Shown here piece by piece: positions 10,039 through 19,667 of a stretch of DNA of 64,000 bases. Positions within the stretch are counted from its first letter, which is position 1. The number at the start of each line of letters is the position of its first letter. The notes beneath the pieces were generated by a model. That model was not told the origin of the DNA. It saw only the letters and a program-made list of their open reading frames with translations, and ran no database searches. Made by a program: the position numbers and the translations under genes. Origin of the DNA: Spirochaetaceae bacterium (lineage in GTDB: Bacteria > Spirochaetota > Spirochaetia > DSM-2461); the NCBI GenBank assembly GCA_965224705.1, contig OZ245056.1, positions 96,001 to 160,000 on the forward strand, read 5' to 3'.

Positions 10039-10523
10039 AACGATATATAGTCCTATTTGCGGCCTTACTGACGACAGCGGCCCTCTTCGCTGCCGATGAA
10101 TACTTTGAACCACTTTTCCTGCGTTATTGGAAATTACATCTAGAGGAAACAGATAAGAATCGACAAGCACCAGAAGATGCCACAGTCTTTTATCCCTATG
10201 GAAAGGTTTTTCGTGGGAGAACCATCGTTCAGTATGGAAACGAATTTCATCCGCTCACAACAGATGATAAGAAAATGCTTAAGTACTGGGGTCAAATCAT
10301 TGAATGGCCTGGAATAGAAGAACACTATAAATATCGGGTAAAGGTTTTCGAAGGAAATGAGGTGTATTGGGTATTCATGTCAGACAATACTTTCCAATAT
10401 GTCGATGAAGATGAGTTGCTATTAATCTCATATTACAATATCGGAGGGATAAACAGAACTCCCCTCTTTCAGGTCGTTCAAATAGAAGATCAACTCTCAG
10501 AAGCAGAGAGACTGGGCGAGTAA
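10035..10523 (+). CDS. Hypothetical secreted protein
   Basis: GGAGG RBS and signal peptide MKRYIVLFAALLTTAALFA; no recognisable domain. Confidence 0.7.
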   Translation: MKRYIVLFAALLTTAALFAADEYFEPLFLRYWKLHLEETDKNRQAPEDATVFYPYGKVFRGRTIVQYGNEFHPLTTDDKKMLKYWGQIIEWPGIEEHYKYRVKVFEGNEVYWVFMSDNTFQYVDEDELLLISYYNIGGINRTPLFQVVQIEDQLSEAERLGE

Positions 10524-10594
10524 CTCGAATGCTATTTCAATGTATATCACCTATTCATCAACAACGTAAAACAGCTGTTGATGCGCTCCGGGGA

Positions 10595-10951
10595 GCTTAA
10601 GTCAGGGCGAAGGATTTGGTTCTTAAGGGCAACTCTAAAAAACGTTTAGAGTTGCCCGTGGAGTCTGTCGGACTTACGCCTCACGGCTCGATTTTTGCCC
10701 TTTTCCCCTGCTGCTGCGTTGCCAAAATACTCACGTAGCCCAGCTACGCTCCGTTTTTGTCGCCTTGCATCAGGCAAAAATCATCAAAAATCGCCTCGAA
10801 GTCTTAAAGTCCGACAGACTCCGTGGGTGCATGGACGTACCCACATTTTTGAGGCGAAATGCCCCAAAAATGGAGAAAAACCCGGATTCAGTCCGGGTTT
10901 TTTGTCTCTAAAGACAAGGCGGAGAACCCGCTTAAAAGCGCTGACTTAAGC
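10595..10951. repeat. Composite non-coding repeat element (family B) hosting a nested MITE
   Basis: Outer IR gcttaagtcagggc / gcgctgacttaagc; 13-bp hairpin gggcaactctaaa..tttagagttgccc (10627-10657); internal part homologous to 35675-35772. Confidence 0.7.
10661..10821. mobile_element. MITE family A, copy 1
   Basis: TIRs GAGTCTGTCGGACTT / AAGTCCGACAGACTC; 4-bp CGTG target duplication; homologues at 21522 and about 60060. Confidence 0.85.
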
Positions 10952-10974
10952 CCCAACCCCCGTTTTAATTCCGA

Positions 10975-11316
10975 TTAACCGATAGCAATCTTTCCGGTTT
11001 CCCCGTTTCTGATGCGGATACACTCTTCAATCGGTGAAACGAAGATCTTGCCGTCTCCAATCTCTCCGGTTCTTGCACCCTCAATAATTGCATTGATTGT
11101 CGGTTTGACAAAGTCCTCATTGACCGCAATGTCAAGCCTGATTTTTTTCAGCAGATTAACCTCGATATCAACACCTCTGTATGATTCATGGTAACCCATC
11201 TGCTGGCCGCATCCCAATGCATTGGTTACGGACATCTTGTAAATCTCATTCTTATAAAGTTCCTGTTTAACGTCATTCAGCATATGCGGCTGGATAAAAG
11301 CAGTTATTAACTTCAT
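10975..11316 (-). CDS. glnK: P-II nitrogen regulatory protein
   Basis: G.GQQ.G..ESYRG T-loop and [12 protein letters not shown]; directly downstream of amtB. Confidence 0.92.
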   Translation of the reverse strand: MKLITAFIQPHMLNDVKQELYKNEIYKMSVTNALGCGQQMGYHESYRGVDIEVNLLKKIRLDIAVNEDFVKPTINAIIEGARTGEIGDGKIFVSPIEECIRIRNGETGKIAIG

Positions 11317-11330
11317 TCTTCACTCCCTCC

Positions 11331-12668
11331 TTACATGTTACTGAAAATCTGGAAACCGCTGTACGATTCCATTCCGTGTTCACTCATATCAAGACCTTCA
11401 CGTTCGTCTTTCTTACTTACTCTCAGACCTACGATATTCTTGATAACGAAGAACAGTACTGATGCCGTTACGAATACCCAGGCAAATACGGCTGCGCATC
11501 CGAGAGCCTGAACACCAAGCTGTGCAGCACCTCCGCCGTAGAACAGACCGGTATCGGCCATTCCGTTACCCGGTATTGCGAACAGACCGACTGCGATTGT
11601 TCCCCATACACCGCAGACACCGTGTACTGATACTGCTCCGCAAGGATCATCAATCTTCAGAACCTTATCGATGAACTCAACCGAAAGAACAACCAGAACA
11701 CCTGCAATAATACCGATTATCAATGCTCCCGCCGGAGAAACAACTCCGCAGCCTGCTGTAATACCGACAAGCCCTGCTAACGCACCATTGAGCGACATGG
11801 AAGGATCGGGCTTGCCGAACTGAATCCATGATGTAATCATCGCACCTATTGCTCCTGTTGAAGCAGCCAGGGTAGTAGTAACAGCTACACTTGCAATACC
11901 GAGGTCGGTACCCGACAGGGTCGATCCGCAATTAAACCCGTACCAGCCGAACCACAGGATGAATACGCCGAGTGCTGCCAGAGGCATATTGTGACCCGGA
12001 ATAGCCTTGCTGATCTTCTTTCCGTCCACTTCGACATATTTGCCCTTTCTTGCACCGAGCATTATTGCACCTGCAAGACCTGCCCATCCGCCTACGGAGT
12101 GAACAACTGTCGAACCTGCAAAGTCGTGAAAACCGAGGCTGCCCAACCAGCCCTCTCCGCTCCAGATCCAGTGACCTGAAATTGGATAAATCACAGCTGA
12201 AATTACTACTGAATAAATCAGATAGCTTGTGAACTTTGTTCTTTCAGCCATTGCACCAGATACGATAGTTGCAGCAGTGGCTGCGAATACTACCTGGAAA
12301 ATCCAGTCTCGAAGTACAGATGAATCAGCTCCGGGAATAAAGAACTGATCGATCCCGATAAATCCCCCGGCGGTTGAACCGTACATGAGCGCCCAACCAA
12401 CTGCAAAGAAAGCTACCGCTCCGGCCGAAAAGTCCATCAGATTTTTCATGATGATGTTTCCGGCGTTCTTTGCTCTTGTGAGCCCGGTTTCAACCATTGC
12501 AAACCCGGCCTGCATAAAAAATACAAGCGCGGCTGCAAGTATCAGCCAAACCATGTCGAAGGCGGCTGAGTACAGTGCCAGCGTGTCAGCCGTTTCATCA
12601 GCAAATAACGCTGTTCCAGTCAGAAGTAAACCGGTTGCTGTAAGGAATAGAATCCTTTTAATCTTCGT
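11331..12668 (-). CDS. amtB: Ammonium transporter Amt
   Basis: FFMQAGF, DFAGSTVVH, LWFGWYGFN, IDDPCGAVSVHG. The frame extends upstream of ATG 12554 through a signal-like peptide to an ACG at 12668 behind AGGAGG, so the start is uncertain. Confidence 0.93.
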   Translation of the reverse strand, partial: TKIKRILFLTATGLLLTGTALFADETADTLALYSAAFDMVWLILAAALVFFMQAGFAMVETGLTRAKNAGNIIMKNLMDFSAGAVAFFAVGWALMYGSTAGGFIGIDQFFIPGADSSVLRDWIFQVVFAATAATIVSGAMAERTKFTSYLIYSVVISAVIYPISGHWIWSGEGWLGSLGFHDFAGSTVVHSVGGWAGLAGAIMLGARKGKYVEVDGKKISKAIPGHNMPLAALGVFILWFGWYGFNCGSTLSGTDLGIASVAVTTTLAASTGAIGAMITSWIQFGKPDPSMSLNGALAGLVGITAGCGVVSPAGALIIGIIAGVLVVLSVEFIDKVLKIDDPCGAVSVHGVCGVWGTIAVGLFAIPGNGMADTGLFYGGGAAQLGVQALGCAAVFAWVFVTASVLFFVIKNIVGLRVSKKDEREGLDMSEHGMESYSGFQIFSNM

Positions 12669-12705
12669 ATTTCCTCCTATAAGTTTTTCTATTCACTTTC
12701 TATAA

Positions 12706-12722
12706 TGCAATGGGTGTGCCAA
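12706..12722 (-). promoter_or_regulatory. Sigma54 promoter of amtB-glnK
   Basis: Minus strand TTGGCACACCCATTGCA, matching consensus TGGCAC-N5-TTGC. Confidence 0.9.
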
Positions 12723-12820
12723 CTTACAGGGAATCAAATTTAAATTCTTACAGGATAAGAATCTAGAACAGGAAAATATATTCATACTATTTTCCCGATT
12801 TTATACCTGAGGGTGAATCC

Positions 12821-12864
12821 CTACATGAATGTGCCTGAGAAAGACGAATTCTACATCAATGTAG
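12821..12864. promoter_or_regulatory. Candidate tandem activator sites upstream of the amtB promoter
   Basis: CTACATGAATGTG (12821) and palindromic CTACATCAATGTAG (12851), 30 bp apart and 100-140 bp upstream of the -24/-12 box. Confidence 0.55.
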
Positions 12865-12885
12865 GAAAAATCTGAAGTTTACGGA

Positions 12886-13180
12886 GTGCGCTATGAAAGC
12901 TCGTAAGGAGGGGACGTCTAGAATGTAGAATTTCAGTTACAGAAACTTCTTTTATAACCTGATGGGCATCAATCCCATCTGTTAAAGCACTGGCCATGCA
13001 GGCAGAAGCGAGTCTTGCGTGTGTCATCGTGAGGCGTCATGCGAAGCGTAGACAACGGACATGAAAGTCGTGTTATTGAGCCTCGAAATATCCGTTATCG
13101 TTGGAAGTCTTCATTGTTCCGTGATGTGGGAACAGTACTAATATTAAGTTAACTTAACATTAGATGAAATCTTGCCGAAA
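12886..13180 (+). mobile_element. Group II intron 5' (domain I) fragment, no RT ORF
   Basis: Starts GTGCG; contains gatggg..aatcccatc, gagtcttgcg..gaagcgtagac and attgagcctcgaaat blocks typical of bacterial group II intron domain I; cut by an IS end at 13181. Confidence 0.6.
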
Positions 13181-13500
13181 GAGCTAATTCAAAAACTCTC
13201 TATAAGGTATCAGTTAGAGATAACCTGTCGCTATCCCTGATGCTACCTCTAACAAATTCTCTTGAAAATGAAGCTTTTGCCAGGCCTTCTATATGAAAAG
13301 CCATTTTTCTATGTTTCGGACATACGTCTCCCAAAAACAGGAATCTCGTTCCAGTCCTTCTATGTCACTTCTTTGTTCAGTGCTGGCAGAATGAAGTGTT
13401 GACGTATCTTTTGTGCGGTAAGACAAAGAACTCCACACATTAACTAAAAAACACCTTCTCATACCCTCTGACGTAAAGCCGTTTGAGAAGAAACGAATCC
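13181..13500 (-). mobile_element. 3' remnant and right end of a DDE (IS4/IS5-like) element
   Basis: Minus strand encodes frameshifted LKRLYVRGYEKVFF/LMCGVLCLTAQKI, like a transposase C-terminus. The terminal ~90 bp starting GAGCTAATTCAAAAACTC recurs at 16504. Confidence 0.55.
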
Positions 13501-13936
13501 TTCAGATGGGAATTGGCCCGCTCCAGTATAGAATACGGTGACCGGCGCGGATGACCCGTCCTTCGCCCATGGAAAAAGGCCCCCGGATAATCTGCCGGTG
13601 GACCTCACTTGTCTTATCCATAGAGTAGACTTCGGCAATGAGCGGCTTCACATTATTGACGCTCACACCCCGGGCTATTAGGCTTTGAGTATTGTCACCT
13701 TTCCTCGGGTGTTGAATAGGCATTTTCACCCCGGTAACCGATGTTTCAAAAAAAGCGAGAAAATTTTCATAGAATAAAATTGAAAACAGGAATTTAGATC
13801 CGGAAAGCGATTGACAAAAGCAAAAATTTGGACTATTTTTGCATTGAAGTTGCCGGGGCAAGAGTCTGCCAGGTGGAGAATGCCCTCTGGTAGTCTTAAT
13901 GTGAACTCTGGGGGGATAAATAACGAATCAGCTTAA

Positions 13937-15621
13937 CCCCTATTTCTCACCAACATAAAACTGCATAAAAAATCTTGGAGAATTTCTGTTCTCTCCCCTA
14001 ATATATCGAACAAAAAGTTTCCAGTTGATTGATCCTTGTTATTTCCGCCCAAATTAAGTCGATTTCTTCTGATTTTCTTCCGTTTTTTCAACCCTCGGGG
14101 CACAGCTTCCCCAAGGAACCCAGATTAGAACTCTCAACTGCTTTTATTACCGCTCAGATGGCCCGGGATGTTCGTATCCAAATGTCCCACCAGGGAAAAC
14201 TCTCCGGAAGACTGATCCAGACTCGGCGAACCGTAATCTTTACAGCGGCTGACACTTTAAGCATTCTTAATCGGATCGTAGAGGACAGGCTCCGGGTTTC
14301 ATCGCCGCTGACCTGCTGAATTGTCTTTCGAAGATGGACAAAGAATATATAGGCGATTGTCGAAAAGTACAATCGGAGCTGATTCGAACTCACCCAATAG
14401 CTGGAGGTGCGGTCGGCAAACAGATAAAGCTGCTGCTCTTTGATGCGATTCTCCATATCGCCGCGTGCACAGTAGACATCTTCATACAGCGATTGGGCAT
14501 CCCCTTCTTCAACAGGTATGTCAGTCACAATAAAGCGGGGATTCTTCTTGCCCGGCAGATGTTCCGCCTTGGCAATGACATCCCGATTGCGACTCCAGCT
14601 GCTTTGGGTCCTCCAGGAAAAACGGGTAAAAACACGTTCGGCTGCTTTGCTCTTAACGAAGAGCTTTTCAGCCTCAGCCATCTGCGGTTCAATTTTCTTC
14701 AGTAGCCGCGTATTTCCTGCCATACCGGTGATATATTTGACTTTTAATATCTCACACTGCTTCAGTATACTCTCACGGCAGAAGTCCGAGTCTCCACGGA
14801 AAATGATACGGACATCAGGAAATCTGGCCCTGATCGCGCCAACCAGCTTGACCAGAATCTCTTCGGTACTCTCACAGGCATCCACGCTGGACGACCGCAG
14901 GCGGGCGATCAGGGGAAAATCATCACAGAACACATAGAGCGGAAGGTAGCAGTAGTGATCGTAATATCCGTGAAAAAACCGCCTCTGCTGCTCGCCGTGG
15001 ATGGGAATGTCAGTGGCATCAAAATCCAGAATCAGGGTTTTCGGCGGCTCCTCGAAACTCTCAAGAAACAGTTGACAGAGCAGCTCTTCAATCCCCTCGG
15101 CATCCCAGGTGATTTTGCTGTACCGGTCCTTGGTTTTTTCATCCAGTTCATGACCGAGTTCCAATCTGTTCAGGGTGCTCTTTCCTGCAGCTGGAGTTTT
15201 ATCATCCCGTCCGCATATATACTGAAGCAGCGGATCATCGCGCAATTGTTCATGATCATTGAGATCTTCATAGCCCTGACAGATTCCGAAGATTCTCTGT
15301 TTCAGAAGAGCACTCAGGCTATGTGTAATTTTTCCCTGATCTCTTTTATCGGTGAAGAAATCTGACAGCTTTTCAATAATTCTGTGCTTCTGCTCAACCT
15401 GCTGGAGCAGAAGAAATCCGGCATCGGAGCTGTTGACCTTGCCGTCATTCTTTACAATAATTTTGCGGGATTTTCCGATTTCCATCCCTTGCAATTCGAG
15501 CTGATGGGCTTTACACTCTGTATTAGCAAAGCGGGCTTCTTTTCGTTTTGTATTTTTTTTCATGTAAATATTTTAGCATGGGAAGCCTGCTTTGTCTCAA
15601 GGTCTTGGTGAGAAATAGGGG
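13937..15621 (-). mobile_element. Complete IS1380-family insertion sequence
   Basis: Perfect 17-bp TIRs CCCCTATTTCTCACCAA, TTAA on both flanks, single transposase ORF. Confidence 0.93.
14154..15563 (-). CDS. IS1380-family DDE transposase
   Basis: SSDAG, GYEDLND, LDFDATD, FFHGYY, RGDSDF, YCARGDMENRIKE. Confidence 0.93.
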   Translation of the reverse strand: MKKNTKRKEARFANTECKAHQLELQGMEIGKSRKIIVKNDGKVNSSDAGFLLLQQVEQKHRIIEKLSDFFTDKRDQGKITHSLSALLKQRIFGICQGYEDLNDHEQLRDDPLLQYICGRDDKTPAAGKSTLNRLELGHELDEKTKDRYSKITWDAEGIEELLCQLFLESFEEPPKTLILDFDATDIPIHGEQQRRFFHGYYDHYCYLPLYVFCDDFPLIARLRSSSVDACESTEEILVKLVGAIRARFPDVRIIFRGDSDFCRESILKQCEILKVKYITGMAGNTRLLKKIEPQMAEAEKLFVKSKAAERVFTRFSWRTQSSWSRNRDVIAKAEHLPGKKNPRFIVTDIPVEEGDAQSLYEDVYCARGDMENRIKEQQLYLFADRTSSYWVSSNQLRLYFSTIAYIFFVHLRKTIQQVSGDETRSLSSTIRLRMLKVSAAVKITVRRVWISLPESFPWWDIWIRTSRAI

Positions 15622-15678
15622 TTAACGATGTCATGAATGTCCCGGTTTGAATCTGGGTTGTGGAGTCACTACATTTAG

Positions 15679-16494
15679 ATGGAGAAAGGAAGTACAGGAC
15701 TAATGAATCAGGAAAAATATAGTCAAAGAAGATACGATTTTAAAAACAACATATTTCAATATACATCAATTGTTTTGGTTTGTTTTCTTTATCTCTTTTC
15801 AATAGTACTTTTGCCAAGTTTTAAGAAGTTTTTTCCAGAGGAAGGATGGAGTTATTTTAATGGAATTTTTGGAGTTGTCTTTGGAGTTATATTTTACTTC
15901 GTAACACTGAAAATTTTTAAACTTTTTAATTTAAAAAATATAAAAGAGTTCAAAGATAGGAGATTTTTTTTGAAAAGAAATCTTATAGGATTTATAATAT
16001 CTTTTTCTTTTGTTTTAATTATTAGCTTAGTTTATGTTATAGCTGGAAAGGAATATGAGAAATTTCCCATTTTCTTTTTAACAGCAATTCCGTCATTGGT
16101 CTTTGCTTTAAGACCGGCAATTATAGAGGAAGTAGTTTTCAGGCATACTTTTTTAAATTTTTTCACTATGAAAAATAAAAAATATTTGGGTTTAATTTTA
16201 TCATCTTCAATTTTTGGTTTCATTCATATAGCAAATGCTTTGTTTGGAAAACCAATTTCACCTATGCATTTAATTCTTACATTAGTTTTAGGGTTTTTTA
16301 TGGGAGTCCTCTATTTAGAATTTGGATTAATTCCGGCGATCATTTTCCATTATCTTGCAGATGCGAACTTTGTAAATGCTAAGGATTCAGAATTTATGGT
16401 AGTTTTAATAGTGATTGTTGGAATGATATATTTAGCTGGACTTTTTATTTATCACAGAAAAGAATTAGGAAAGAAATGGTTTAAACTACAGTAG
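15679..16494 (+). CDS. CPBP (Abi/CAAX-like) intramembrane glutamic endopeptidase
   Basis: EEVVFR, FGFIH and IIFH motifs; multi-TM; very AT-rich; alternative start at 15703. Confidence 0.85.
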   Translation: MEKGSTGLMNQEKYSQRRYDFKNNIFQYTSIVLVCFLYLFSIVLLPSFKKFFPEEGWSYFNGIFGVVFGVIFYFVTLKIFKLFNLKNIKEFKDRRFFLKRNLIGFIISFSFVLIISLVYVIAGKEYEKFPIFFLTAIPSLVFALRPAIIEEVVFRHTFLNFFTMKNKKYLGLILSSSIFGFIHIANALFGKPISPMHLILTLVLGFFMGVLYLEFGLIPAIIFHYLADANFVNAKDSEFMVVLIVIVGMIYLAGLFIYHRKELGKKWFKLQ

Positions 16495-16503
16495 TAATGA
16501 GTA

Positions 16504-16594
16504 GAGCTAATTCAAAAACTCTCGATAAGATATCAGTTAGAGAAAGAATATCGCTCCCCCTGATGTTGCCTCGACTAAATTCTCATTGAATATG
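16504..16594 (-). repeat. Second copy of the IS right end seen at 13181
   Basis: gagctaattcaaaaactctc.ataag.tatcagttagaga..., a diverged direct repeat of 13181-13270. Confidence 0.75.
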
Positions 16595-16726
16595 TTGAAA
16601 ACTGTGTAGCGAATGCGGCCCTTTTTTCATAGTGATTTCAAATGCGAACTACACAATAATTCAATTTGATGAGTTTTGAAGAGGCTCCACTATTTTTATA
16701 AAATAATAATTTTTTGTGAGGCTTTT

Positions 16727-18367
16727 ATGGCAACCATTCAAAACCCCATTCTCCCCGGGTTTAACCCCGATCCCTCCTTCTGCCGCGTGGGTGACGACTA
16801 CTACATCGCCACCTCCACCTTTGAGTGGTTCCCCGGCGTTCAGATCCACCACTCTAAGGATCTGGTAAACTGGAAGCTGATCACCCGCCCCCTGAACACT
16901 GTCAAGCTGCTGGACATGCGCGGCATCGATAACTCCGGCGGTATCTGGGCGCCATGCCTCAACTACGCCGATGGCAAATTCTGGCTGGTCTACACCAACG
17001 TTCAGTCCTGCCGCGGATTTAGCTGGATGAGCACCCCTAACTATGTAATTACTGCCGATGACATTATGGGCCCCTGGTCTGATCCCGTATACCTCAACTC
17101 TACCGGTTTTGACCCCTCTATTTTCCACGACGATGATGGCAGGAAGTACATCGTTAACATGGTTTGGGACGGCCGCGCCGGCACCAACAGCTTTGGCGGC
17201 ATCATCGCACAGGAGTACGATCCCAGGACCGAAAAACTGGTCGGCGAAGTGAAGATGATATGGCCCGGCTCCAGGCTCGGCTGCACTGAGGCTCCCTTTA
17301 TCCTTAAAAAAGATGCTTACTACTACCTGGTTACCGCTGAAGGCGGCACCAACTGGTCACACGCTGTAAGTGTCTGCCGCTCCAGGTCAATCTGGGGGCC
17401 CTATGAGACCCACCCCGAAAATCCCGTTATCACCTCTCGCTTTGCCGAAGATGCCGTTATCCAGCGCGCTGGCCACGGCTTCTTCCAGGAGACCCAAAAC
17501 GGTGAGTGGTACCTGACCCACCTCTGTGGACGCCCCGTTAAAAATCCCCAGGGTTACCAGTACAGTGAAAAATACGCTGGGGGATTTTCTATCCTGGGCC
17601 GCGAAACCGGTATTCAGAAAATCGAATGGCCCGAAGGTGAATGGCCCCGCCTCGCCTGCGGCGGCAACACTCCCGAGGAGTTTGTCCAGGCTCCCAATCT
17701 TCCCGAGCACAAGTGGCCCGAAGAGAACCTCCGCGATGACTTCAGCGGAGATCTCAGCATCCACTTCCAGACTCTGCGCGAGCCCATGGAAGAGTCATGG
17801 ATTAGTCTCAAAGAGAATCCCGGCAAGCTGCGCATCCGCGGCCGCCAGTTCTTCCACTCCTGTTTTGAGCAGTCCATACTGATGCGCCGCATTCAGCACC
17901 ACAGCTGTGAAGCAGAGACATGTCTGGAGTTCAACCCCACTCAGTTCCAGGAGATGGCGGGAATGCTGGTCTACTACAACCGCAGCAACTTCTACTTCCT
18001 TCACCTAACTGCTAATGATGCCGGCAAACGCGTTATCAAAATATCCCGGTTTATCTCCGGCGCTTATGGGGAGTCCAGCCCCGAGATCGAGATCCCCGAT
18101 GGCGCAGTTTACATGAAGACTGCACTGGACGTGCAGTTCTACCAGTTCAGCTACTCTATGGACGGCAAAAACTGGACCGGTATCGGGCCCGCCCTCAACA
18201 GCACCCCCCTCTCCGACGAGATGGGCAACGAGGTGTTCCGCTTCACCGGCTCATTTGTGGGAATGGCTGCCATCGATATCACCGGCGCCAAGAAGCACGC
18301 CGACTTTGACTTCTTTGACTACCGCCCCCTGGAAACAAAGGACAAGACACTTGGTTTTGGATACTGA
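16727..18367 (+). CDS. Glycoside hydrolase family 43 (beta-xylosidase/arabinofuranosidase) with C-terminal beta-sandwich
   Basis: NPILPGFNPDPS, ATSTFEWFPG, GIWAP, GFDPS, TEAP, AEGGT, FTGSFVG. Confidence 0.93.
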   Translation: MATIQNPILPGFNPDPSFCRVGDDYYIATSTFEWFPGVQIHHSKDLVNWKLITRPLNTVKLLDMRGIDNSGGIWAPCLNYADGKFWLVYTNVQSCRGFSWMSTPNYVITADDIMGPWSDPVYLNSTGFDPSIFHDDDGRKYIVNMVWDGRAGTNSFGGIIAQEYDPRTEKLVGEVKMIWPGSRLGCTEAPFILKKDAYYYLVTAEGGTNWSHAVSVCRSRSIWGPYETHPENPVITSRFAEDAVIQRAGHGFFQETQNGEWYLTHLCGRPVKNPQGYQYSEKYAGGFSILGRETGIQKIEWPEGEWPRLACGGNTPEEFVQAPNLPEHKWPEENLRDDFSGDLSIHFQTLREPMEESWISLKENPGKLRIRGRQFFHSCFEQSILMRRIQHHSCEAETCLEFNPTQFQEMAGMLVYYNRSNFYFLHLTANDAGKRVIKISRFISGAYGESSPEIEIPDGAVYMKTALDVQFYQFSYSMDGKNWTGIGPALNSTPLSDEMGNEVFRFTGSFVGMAAIDITGAKKHADFDFFDYRPLETKDKTLGFGY

Positions 18368-18730
18368 GAAGAGTGAAGGGAGAAGTTTGAAGTGTGAAAT
18401 TTATTGCACTTCAGACCTCACCTTCAATAGATCAAAAGATCAAATACAGAAGGACAGGCAGTGGCTTAACATGCTCCATATCCCGTTTTAATAATGCATC
18501 GAGTAGGAGGGGCCGCACTGTGCCAAAGTAGTTGTCACAATGAATCAACCAGTCATGAGAGAATACCGTCGGAGAAGCTAATGCTTCTACTCGAATCTTG
18601 GAATACTCGTGAAGCAGAAATGGGTGAATGACTTCGCCGAAATGGCCTACATTCTGAGCATCCTGGGCCATGGGAACAAGAGCTCCGGGCCCTTGTTGAT
18701 CAGAAAGGTGGTGATAAGTCCCGAAAGAAG

Positions 18731-19457
18731 CCGGGAAGAGCACCCTGAACAGATTGGAACTCGGTCATGAACTGGATGAAAAAACCAGGGACCGGTACAG
18801 CAAAATCCCCTGGGATCCCAGGGGATTGAAGGCTTCTCTGTCAACTGTTTCTTGAGAGTTTTGAGGAGCCGCCGAAAACCCTGATTCTGGATTTTGATGC
18901 CACCGACATTCCCATCCACGGAGAGTAGCAGAGTCGGTTTTTTCACGGATATTACGTTCACTACTGCTGCCTTCCGCTCTCTGTGTTCTGTGATGATTTT
19001 TCCCCTGATCGCCCGCCTGCGGTCGTCCGGCGTGGATGCCTATGAGGGTACCGAAGAGATTCTGGTCAAGCTGGTTGGCGCGATCAGGGCCAGATTTCCT
19101 GATGTCCGTATCATTTTCCGTGGAGACTCGGACTTCTGCCGAGAGAGTATTCTGAAACAGTGTGAGGTGATGTCTACTGTGCACGCGGCGATATGGAGAA
19201 TCGCATCAAAGAGCAGCAGCTTCATCTGTTTGCCGACCGCACTTCCACCTGTTGGAGAGTTCAAATCAGCTCCGATTGTCCTTCTCGACAATCGCCTATA
19301 TTTTCTTTGTCCATCTTCGAAAGACAATTCAGCAGGTCATCGGTGATGAAACCCGAAGCCTGTCCTCTACGATCCGATTAAGAATGCTTAAAGTGTCGAC
19401 CGCTGTAAAGATTACGGTTCGCCGAGTCTGGATCAGTCTTCCAGAGAGTTTTCCCTG
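18731..19457 (+). pseudogene. Degenerate, internally deleted copy of the IS1380 transposase
   Basis: Near-identical to the reverse complement of 14190-15185, with frameshifts and a deletion of roughly 270 bp at about 19167. Confidence 0.9.
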
Positions 19458-19667
19458 AATATCGGATACCAGGGATCATGTTCCCACGGGTACCTTTATG
19501 TCTGTAAGAAAACCGTTTTTTACAGCTTATCTCAATCTGACCAATTCTGCGCAAAGTGTTGAACGCTATCATGGCAATATGAAGAAGAAGGGAAACATCG
19601 ATATCGACAGGGATTACTCAGCCTCTGTTTTTATTAGAAATCAGTGCATGCTGCGCCATCAGAATCT

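Noticed and set aside
12886..13180. Retron or active retroelement
   Set aside because: No reverse transcriptase ORF (no YxDD context) anywhere in the window.
13502..13700. Possible C-terminal fragment of a zinc-binding/quinone oxidoreductase
   Set aside because: Only a faint resemblance (VKPLIAEVY..EVHRQI); too weak to call.
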